This document shows, piece by piece, positions 31,853-38,724 of a stretch of 64,000 bases of DNA (positions within the stretch are counted from its first letter, which is position 1; each line of letters begins with the position of its first letter). This DNA is from an uncultured Rhodospirillaceae bacterium. GTDB lineage: Bacteria > Pseudomonadota > Alphaproteobacteria > UBA9219. The notes beneath the pieces are model-generated. The model had not been told where the DNA came from, made no database searches, and saw only the letters and a program-made list of their open reading frames with translations. The DNA is taken from positions 10,470 through 74,469 of the forward strand of contig CAZYPX010000001.1 in the NCBI GenBank assembly GCA_964649675.1, in the 5' to 3' direction. The position numbers and the translations under genes were made by a program.

Positions 31853-32155
31853 TTATTCAAATACTTCGTTCGCCACCTTGGCATCTTCAGCTTGATCTGC
31901 GGAAGAGTGTTGCTGAAGTTTTTCCTTCAACGAAACCCCATGCTGCGTAAAAAACTCAACACCGTGATCTGAAAATACGCTTATAATTTTCTCAACTGTC
32001 GCAGCGGTCGGCATAAACTGACCGTGCTCGATATTTTTTACTGTTTCAGCGGAAATACCTACGAATTTCCCGCATTGCGCTCGACTCCAGTCCAACAGTG
32101 CTCTGGCAGCACGAAGTTGTACAGGTTTGATGGTTGTAGGGGTCTGCTGCTTCAT
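31853..32155 (-). CDS. short XRE-type HTH protein (HTH module only; paralogue 5)
   Basis: VQLRAARALLDWSRAQCGKFVGISAETVKNIE…HGVEFF. The likely start is M29 of the listed ORF (32155), which avoids overlap with the upstream gene. Confidence 0.45.
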   Translation of the reverse strand: MKQQTPTTIKPVQLRAARALLDWSRAQCGKFVGISAETVKNIEHGQFMPTAATVEKIISVFSDHGVEFFTQHGVSLKEKLQQHSSADQAEDAKVANEVFE

Positions 32156-32168
32156 AGTTCGGCTCTTG

Positions 32169-32489
32169 TTAGTTGATGGCCTCGGCAAAGTTAAAATTGA
32201 CGAGATAACGAACGACATCATCAAATTGATCTCGTTCAAAATCTTTGACGGCTTTAACGCCGAAGGCTGTCGTCAAAATTGCGACAACCAGTTCTGCACT
32301 AACGTTTTGTGAGTAGGCCACGTAGGCAACTACAGCAGAAACTGCTCTCAATTCCTGTTGTGCAAACTTCCCCGTATAAAGGGAGGCAAGCTCTATATTG
32401 ATGGGATTTGCGCGTTCGGCGAAGTAGTCATGCGCCGGTTTGGCTTCCTCAATCATTTTACGAATAAGAGCTTTACGATCTGACAACAT
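32169..32489 (-). CDS. small protein of unknown function (paralogue A)
   Basis: Shares a conserved core (…A.V.AYVA.SQ.V..E.V..I.TT..G..AV…Q…Y.D.VEYLV…) with 32506-32832. Confidence 0.35.
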   Translation of the reverse strand: MLSDRKALIRKMIEEAKPAHDYFAERANPINIELASLYTGKFAQQELRAVSAVVAYVAYSQNVSAELVVAILTTAFGVKAVKDFERDQFDDVVRYLVNFNFAEAIN

Positions 32490-32505
32490 GACGAACCTTA
32501 AATAA

Positions 32506-32832
32506 TTAGTTCACAACCTGATCCATCTTCAAATCTACCAGGTACTCAATGGCGTCTTGATAAAGGCGCGAAGGCAGCGCCGCCACGGCACCGATACCAT
32601 AATGAGTTGTAATGACCTCACACACGGTCTCTTCCCGAACTTTCTGCGTATGAGCTACATAAGCAATCAGGCCGAGAACAGCGGTCAGCTCAATTTTGTT
32701 CAGGGATTTTTCGTTGGCTTTCCGATGGGCAATGAGGGCAGAGGTCAAACGGTTAAGCTCGCCAGTCGAGATTTCACCATCTTCCGTTCGGTCGCTTGAG
32801 ATAATCGCTTTTTGAATTTTCGAACTGGTCAT
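32506..32832 (-). CDS. small protein of unknown function (paralogue B)
   Basis: 108-aa tandem paralogue of 32169-32489. Confidence 0.35.
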   Translation of the reverse strand: MTSSKIQKAIISSDRTEDGEISTGELNRLTSALIAHRKANEKSLNKIELTAVLGLIAYVAHTQKVREETVCEVITTHYGIGAVAALPSRLYQDAIEYLVDLKMDQVVN

Positions 32833-32853
32833 TTGAAATCCCTCTCTGTAAAA

Positions 32854-33060
32854 TTAGGCCATACCTGCGGCATACGCTCCCGTTTCACTGGTGAAATATT
32901 TGTCCGTTTCGCGGATGAAATAATTCCAGCGATCCTCTAAGGACATCACAACTTGATGTTTGATTTTCATGTGGCGTTCCCAGCCTTCGACAATCTCGTG
33001 GGCAACGCTTTCGCCGCGTGTTGCGACATATGTGTCAAAATGCATCGTCATTAATTTCAT
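32854..33060 (-). CDS. hypothetical small protein (68 aa), first gene of the small-protein/XRE operon
   Basis: ORF with a plausible RBS context, sitting at the head of a five-gene minus-strand array. Confidence 0.25.
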   Translation of the reverse strand: MKLMTMHFDTYVATRGESVAHEIVEGWERHMKIKHQVVMSLEDRWNYFIRETDKYFTSETGAYAAGMA

Positions 33061-33282
33061 CCCTTAAAAAATAACGTCAATTTACCCTTAATGTTTGTGA
33101 CCTTACCAAACGGGTCGGGTGAAAGCAAGGTAATAGTTTATGTGAGAGATACTCAAAGTTACTTTAATAGTAATATTGCAGCCACCAGAAAAGCCTGCAG
33201 AAGACCAAAATCTTTAACTACTTCTTAACACTTAACAGCGCCATACCCATAATTGGTAGATTAGTACCAATAACCGGTAAAA

Positions 33283-33304
33283 TTTTGCCGATCATCTTCT
33301 TGCT
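33283..33304 (+). promoter_or_regulatory. palindromic candidate operator AATTGGTA-N6-TACCAATA upstream of XRE paralogue 3 and AsnB-like 2
   Basis: The perfect 8-nt inverted repeat with a 6-nt spacer lies about 70 nt upstream of ATG 33377 in an AT-rich promoter region. That region also holds three CTTAAC direct repeats (33216-33240). Confidence 0.3.
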
Positions 33305-33376
33305 TTTCTTGTGCAACTATTTCTGCTATGGTAATTTAAAATTACTCTGAGAGATACATTTCAACAGGAACAAGCC

Positions 33377-34036
33377 ATGCCAACAGGGAAACAAGTCAGG
33401 GCTGCACGGGTTCTCGCTGGATGGGATGCGGAGCATCTTGCGCAAAGCACAGGTCTCACCGCCGTCACCATCCTAAAGATTGAGCGAGACGAAGCAATGC
33501 CACGTCCGGCCACGATGGAGAAAATTGTTCGGGCGTTTGACAAAGAAGGCATCGAGTTCACCGACAACCAAGGCGTTCGATTCAAACCAACGGGCGTTAC
33601 CGTATATGATGGTGTGGCTGCCTTCGAAGACTTCCATGAATTCCTGTATCTCCATTTGAAACAACACGGCGGTGAAGTTTGCCTGAGCATTTATGATGAA
33701 CCTTCGCTCGCCAAGTACCGTAAAGATCCTGAAATACATCGCTCACGCATGAGAGAGTTGGTAGGTAGCGGAAAAGTCACCTTCAGAATACTGACGACAC
33801 AAAGCAGTTGGAATACGCGTGGGTACATTCAATTTAAATGGCTGCGAAACCAACGGCCTTTACCTACAGGCTTTTATGCGTTCGGAGATTGCTTGGCATT
33901 GGTGTCATTTGTTGATCCGCAATCGCCATATGTTGTCGTTCTTCAATCAGGGCCAATGACTGAAGCCTATCGCCAAGGCTTCAATATCGCATGGGATTCA
34001 GCGGAGAATCCCCCAAGCGAAGGCACCGATAAATGA
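33377..34036 (+). CDS. XRE-type HTH protein with conserved C-terminal domain (paralogue 3)
   Basis: VRAARVLAGWDAEHLAQSTGLTAVTILKIE plus the shared C-terminal blocks. It is followed 13 nt later by AsnB-like 2. Confidence 0.55.
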   Translation: MPTGKQVRAARVLAGWDAEHLAQSTGLTAVTILKIERDEAMPRPATMEKIVRAFDKEGIEFTDNQGVRFKPTGVTVYDGVAAFEDFHEFLYLHLKQHGGEVCLSIYDEPSLAKYRKDPEIHRSRMRELVGSGKVTFRILTTQSSWNTRGYIQFKWLRNQRPLPTGFYAFGDCLALVSFVDPQSPYVVVLQSGPMTEAYRQGFNIAWDSAENPPSEGTDK

Positions 34037-34049
34037 GTGGGGAATAGCT

Positions 34050-35876
34050 ATGTGTCGAATCTTCGGACAATTAGGCCATCCTCATATTGATGAAAGAGTA
34101 TTGCAGCGAGTTGCGCTCGCTATGGTGCATGGCGGCCCAGATCGTCAAAATTACGTAGTCGGCAATATGTGGGCCATGGGCAGCGACCGCTTGGCTATAC
34201 AAGGAATCGAGGGCGGCAATCAGCCATTCACAGAGCACAAAGGTCTCTGCATTTTATTCAATGGCGAAATTTACAATCACCGTGCGCTCAGAGAAGACTT
34301 AAGAACACAAGGCTTCTCCTTTTCTGATGAATGTGACGGCAACGTTATTGCGCCGCTATTTTTGCTCCATGGGGCGGATTTTGTCAGATATCTTGAAGGC
34401 ATGTTTGCCATTGCTCTGTTGGACGAGCGCAGCCAGCCGACGCTTTATGTGTATTCAGATCCGTCTGGTATGAAATCCGTCTACTACCAATGGGACAGCA
34501 AAAACCAAGTTCTGAGTTTTGCTTCCGAAATTGAGGGTTTGGCTTTGTTGACGCAGACCCCGCTTACTATCAAGCCCAAGCCCCTTTACGATTACTTTTC
34601 TTTACGTGCTATTTGTGGCGAAGAAACGATTTTTCAGAACATTTCTACGCTGGGGCCAGCTCGCATGTTGCGCTATGAGTTGGGCAAAGAGCCACAAATT
34701 ACTACTTATTCCTCCGCCGCAAAGTCGGAAACACCCGATAACGATCTAACGAAGGCCGGACTTCAACTGCGTGACCTTCTGGACAAAGAAATCGCGTTGC
34801 AGCTGGCTTCAGATATGCCGGCGTGCCTTGTTATAAGCGGAGGTGTAGATTCGTCCCTAGTCGCGGCTTTGGCAGCTCGACAAAAGGATAATCTTCACTC
34901 ATTTCACCTTTGTTATAAGGGCAACTGGCCGTACGACGAACGAAGGTATGCGCGTGACACAGCCGAGAAATGGCGCATCAATCATCATGATGTCGAGCTT
35001 GATCCGGATACATTCCCTGCCTCTATTATGAAAATGGTTCGGCATCTCGGACAGCCTAACTGGGCACCCCATACCTTAAGCACCTACTGTTTATTCGAAG
35101 AAATTCACAACTCTGGATTTAGAGTTGCTATTACTGGTGAAGGTTCTGACGAGTTTTTTGGCGGTTACCAATATTACAGTTCAGCCTTGGCCGAGGGCAA
35201 TAACTGGGTTGATGACTTTTTGTATAAACTCAGTCCATTTACGAAAACAGTGCGCGACGATGTGCTTGCTTCCGATTATAAAGAACTTCTATGCAGCCAG
35301 ACAACTCACGTCGAAGAGTACACCAAACAATTAGAGAAAACGCGTCCTGGCGAGGAACGGCTCAATTTGATGCAATCCTTCGATCAACAAATGCGTTTTC
35401 CAAATTATATTTTGCGTCGCGGCGATCATTTGAGCATGGCACATGCTGTTGAGATGCGTGCTCCGTTTTGTCAACCACGCATCATGGATTTTGGATCACG
35501 CTTACCGTTTGGGCATCGCGTGTCAGTGGAACAAAGAAAACGCACAGTTTATGAAGCGGCACGCGGGCTTGTTCCCGACTCCGTAATGAACCGCGAAAAG
35601 CAAGCATTCGTTCTTCCGATTACAGAAATGATAAAACGTGGAAGTCGATTGTACGATTTTATGATGTCTATTTTTGAATCGGCATCATTTCGTCATCGTG
35701 GCTACTTTGATGCGGATAGGATATTGGCTTATTCCCAGCAACAAGCCAAAACTCCAAGCGTTGATGTTGCCAATGCGATGTGGGCGGCAATGTCTCTTGA
35801 ATTATGGCTTCAATATATTGACGAAATAAATTCGGAACTTGAGTTGTCCCCCTTGGTCGAGCAGGAAGTGGCTTGA
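34050..35876 (+). CDS. asparagine synthetase B-like glutamine-dependent amidoligase (second copy)
   Basis: MC N-terminus, PP-loop VISGGVDSS, 608 aa; paralogous to 26130-27998. Confidence 0.7.
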   Translation: MCRIFGQLGHPHIDERVLQRVALAMVHGGPDRQNYVVGNMWAMGSDRLAIQGIEGGNQPFTEHKGLCILFNGEIYNHRALREDLRTQGFSFSDECDGNVIAPLFLLHGADFVRYLEGMFAIALLDERSQPTLYVYSDPSGMKSVYYQWDSKNQVLSFASEIEGLALLTQTPLTIKPKPLYDYFSLRAICGEETIFQNISTLGPARMLRYELGKEPQITTYSSAAKSETPDNDLTKAGLQLRDLLDKEIALQLASDMPACLVISGGVDSSLVAALAARQKDNLHSFHLCYKGNWPYDERRYARDTAEKWRINHHDVELDPDTFPASIMKMVRHLGQPNWAPHTLSTYCLFEEIHNSGFRVAITGEGSDEFFGGYQYYSSALAEGNNWVDDFLYKLSPFTKTVRDDVLASDYKELLCSQTTHVEEYTKQLEKTRPGEERLNLMQSFDQQMRFPNYILRRGDHLSMAHAVEMRAPFCQPRIMDFGSRLPFGHRVSVEQRKRTVYEAARGLVPDSVMNREKQAFVLPITEMIKRGSRLYDFMMSIFESASFRHRGYFDADRILAYSQQQAKTPSVDVANAMWAAMSLELWLQYIDEINSELELSPLVEQEVA

Positions 35877-35892
35877 ACGATTTAAACTTCTG

Positions 35893-37770
35893 TTACTTGT
35901 TGGAATTGATAATTTCTCGCAGAAATGCTTCCCCATATCGCTCCAGCTTAGCCGCGCCAATCCCCGAAATGTTCCCCATCTCCTGTAACGTCTTTGGCTG
36001 CGCTTTGGCTAAACCAATCAGGGTTGTGTCATGGAAAATGACATAAGGTGGCACGTTTTGCGCCTTGGAGAGTTCGAGACGCAAAGCACGCAAGCGTTGG
36101 AAAAGTTGTTCGTCGTCCGCATTGTCCAGAGTTGGTTTGCCCTTTGGGCCTTCGGAGGCTGAAACGCGCTTTGATTTAACCTCACGTCTAAGCGCAAAAG
36201 TGGCATCCTCACGCAGCGTCACTTTCTTCTCGCCGCGTAAGACCGGTTTGCATAGCTCGTCGGATCCCAACCGTAAACCGCCATGCCCTTCCATGTCTGT
36301 AACAAGCAATCCATGAACGACAAGCTGGCGAAAAATGTCGCGCCACTGAACGCGGCTGAACTCCTTGCCCACACCATAGGTCGGCAACTGGTTGTGCCGG
36401 AACTGGCGAATGCGTTCGGTATCCGCGCCAACGAGCACGTCCGTCAGATGGGCCGCGCCGAACCTCTGGCCGGTGCGGATCGCGCACGACAACGCCTTTT
36501 GCGCGGCTACGGTGCCGTCAAAAGAGGGAACAGGGTGAAGGCACAGGTCACAGTTGCCGCAGGGTTCGGCAAGTGTTTCCCCAAAGTATTCCAGCAGAAC
36601 CTGCCTGCGGCATCGGGGGCTTGAGCAATAACCGATCAAGGCATCCAGCTTGCGGCGCTCCAGTTGCTTGCGCTGTTCGCTTGCTTCGCCGTCCTCGATC
36701 ATCTAGCGCAGCTTGGCGACATCCTCAATGCCGTAGAGCAGCAATGCTTCCGAAGGCAGGCCATCGCGTCCGGCACGGCCTGTTTCCTGATAGTAGGCCT
36801 CGATGCTTTTGGGCATATCCATGTGAACAACAAAGCGCACATCCGGCTTGTCGATCCCCATGCCAAAGGCGATGGTTGCCACGATGATCACGCCTTCGTC
36901 TTTGATAAACCTGTCTTGGTTTCGCGCACGGACATCGGCTGCCAGTCCTGCGTGATAAGGAAGCGCGTTATAGCCTTGTCGTGCCAACCAATCGGCGATC
37001 TCCTCAACACGAGCGCGGGACAAGCAATAGACGATTCCGGATTCCCCGGCGTGATCTTTCTTTAGAAACCGCAACAACTGCTCGCGCGGCTTGGCTTTCG
37101 GCGTGACATGATAGCGGATGTTTGGACGATCAAAGCTGGAAATAAAGATGCGCCCGCGTTCCAATTTCAGCTTTTTGACAATCTCATTACGAGTCGGCAC
37201 ATCGGCGGTGGCCGTCAAAGCGATGCGCGGGACATTCGGGAAGCGTTCATGCAAAACAGTCAGTTGCAGGTATTCAGGTCGGAAATCGTGCCCCCATTGG
37301 GAGACGCAATGCGCCTCATCAATGGCAAACAGAGAAATCTGGCATTCGCCCAACAGGTTGAGCGTTCCCTCCATCAACAGTCGTTCTGGCGCAACGTAAA
37401 GAAGATCAAGTTCCCCGGAGCGCATCTTCCCGATAATCCGTGCAGCTTCGCCATTCCCCAGTGTTGAATTGAGCGCTGCTGCCCGAACTCCAAGCTGCTT
37501 TAAAGCCTCCACCTGATCTCGCATCAGGGCAATCAGCGGCGATATCACAACTCCAACGCCTGGACGGCATAGGGCGGGTATTTGAAAGCACAGTGACTTT
37601 CCTCCGCCCGTAGGCATCAGCACAAGAGCCTCGCCGCCGTTTACCGCATGCGTGATAATTTCTTCTTGCCTGCCCCGAAAAGAGTCAAAACCAAAAACAT
37701 TGCGCAGAACATCAAATGAATCGGCTTGCTTTGCTTTTGTGATTTCACAGTTTGGCGAGGACAATTGCAT
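35893..37770 (-). pseudogene. recQ: recQ helicase gene interrupted by a single in-frame TAG (helicase core, then Zn-binding/WH/HRDC part)
   Basis: The 355-aa ORF (DEAH helicase, …[25 protein letters not shown]) stops at TAG 36703-36705. The next codon is the ATG of a 269-aa ORF in the same frame (…CGNCDLC… then an HRDC-like C-terminus). Together they align collinearly with RecQ as I recall it. Confidence 0.7.
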
Positions 37771-37776
37771 ATGTTC

Positions 37777-38208
37777 TTATCGGTTTTTCAAATTTCCAAA
37801 TTTTTCTTCTAGATTTTTTCCTGTCAGCCAATCCTCCAAAATCTCTGGTTCGTCCCATTTGCTTGTCCAAGCTTTAGTCTGCTTATCCATGTTGTCCTCG
37901 AACTCAAAGTCGCCATCCTCCATGCGATTGAAAATCGTATAAATCCGGTTCACAACCTGTTTCATGAATTCGCGCATTTCTTCTTCGTTTATGTGTGAAA
38001 CCTGTTTCCAAGGAATCTCACCGTACGGCGAAACCACTTTGACATCCGAATAATCGCCTGTTTTGCTGTCGGGATATGTGCCCCTGTGGAACTGCTCAAG
38101 CATTGTCGTGCGTACGCAATGGAAGGCAAAGTTTTTTGCCACACGTTTCAGCGTTTCTTCTTTGATGGACATATTCGACTCGTAAGTAAGGAAAAAACGT
38201 GAGTACAT
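37777..38208 (-). CDS. hypothetical protein (143 aa), AT-rich
   Basis: ORF only; its composition resembles the island. Confidence 0.3.
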   Translation of the reverse strand: MYSRFFLTYESNMSIKEETLKRVAKNFAFHCVRTTMLEQFHRGTYPDSKTGDYSDVKVVSPYGEIPWKQVSHINEEEMREFMKQVVNRIYTIFNRMEDGDFEFEDNMDKQTKAWTSKWDEPEILEDWLTGKNLEEKFGNLKNR

Positions 38209-38429
38209 TAGATGAAATTTTCCGTGCTCGCGATCCCTATAAAACTGGCATATTTCAATTTACTCCGCTCTTTCGATCCCAATCCCGCGCGACATCCAGC
38301 CCGTAACTGATAGACACAAGTATGGGTAAAACATGGGTAAGAATTATGGGAAAAACTGACAATTTCCGATGCATAACGAACAAAAATATGCAAAAATATC
38401 AAAATTGAGTGGTAAAATAATGGGTTAGG

Positions 38430-38482
38430 AGACCCGTTGACATGGTAGGGGTCACAGGTTCAATCCCTGTCGCACCCACCAC
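38430..38482 (+). other. 3' fragment of a tRNA gene (T-arm plus acceptor plus CCA); probable att-site remnant marking the island boundary
   Basis: …ACAGGTTCAATCCCTGTCGCACCCACCA has a perfect T-stem/loop and a 3' acceptor strand with discriminator A and CCA. No complementary 5' acceptor strand (GGGTGCG) or D-arm exists upstream, so it is not an intact tRNA. Confidence 0.5.
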
Positions 38483-38621
38483 TGATTTCATTCGGCGTTT
38501 GTTGGTGATTTTGTCGCCGGGCTTGTTCAGAGTCCGTCTAGCGACTTCATGAAGGACTACAAAGTTTCCGTCTTTTTGACAGGCGTTTGAAGGAGGGTTT
38601 TCTCCTTGCCTTCTCAATAAA

Positions 38622-38668
38622 GGACGGTTTCGGGCTTTTTTATGGGCAAAAAAAGCCCGAAAACGGGC
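38622..38668 (-). terminator. rho-independent (bidirectional-type) terminator downstream of polA
   Basis: GGGCTTTTTT-ATGGGC-AAAAAAAGCCC palindrome lies 57 nt after the polA stop. Confidence 0.5.
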
Positions 38669-38724
38669 TATGCGACGTATCGTTGGCGCTACTAAACAGT
38701 CGTGCTTGGCTCAACCTGCGCGTG

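Noticed and set aside
26130-35876. Lasso-peptide (McjC-like cyclase) or beta-lactam synthetase cluster, based on the two AsnB-like genes
   Set aside because: No precursor peptide, RRE/B1, transglutaminase-like B2 protease or ABC exporter is present. Both AsnB homologues keep the N-terminal Cys glutaminase nucleophile, unlike typical lasso cyclases.
38402-38700. Possible two-piece (permuted) alphaproteobacterial tmRNA: acceptor piece ending in CCA at 38482 followed by a coding piece
   Set aside because: No downstream 5' acceptor strand complementary to CGCACCC (GGGTGCG or G-U variants) and no recognisable tag reading frame within 300 nt. The 3'-only tRNA fragment fits an att-site remnant better.
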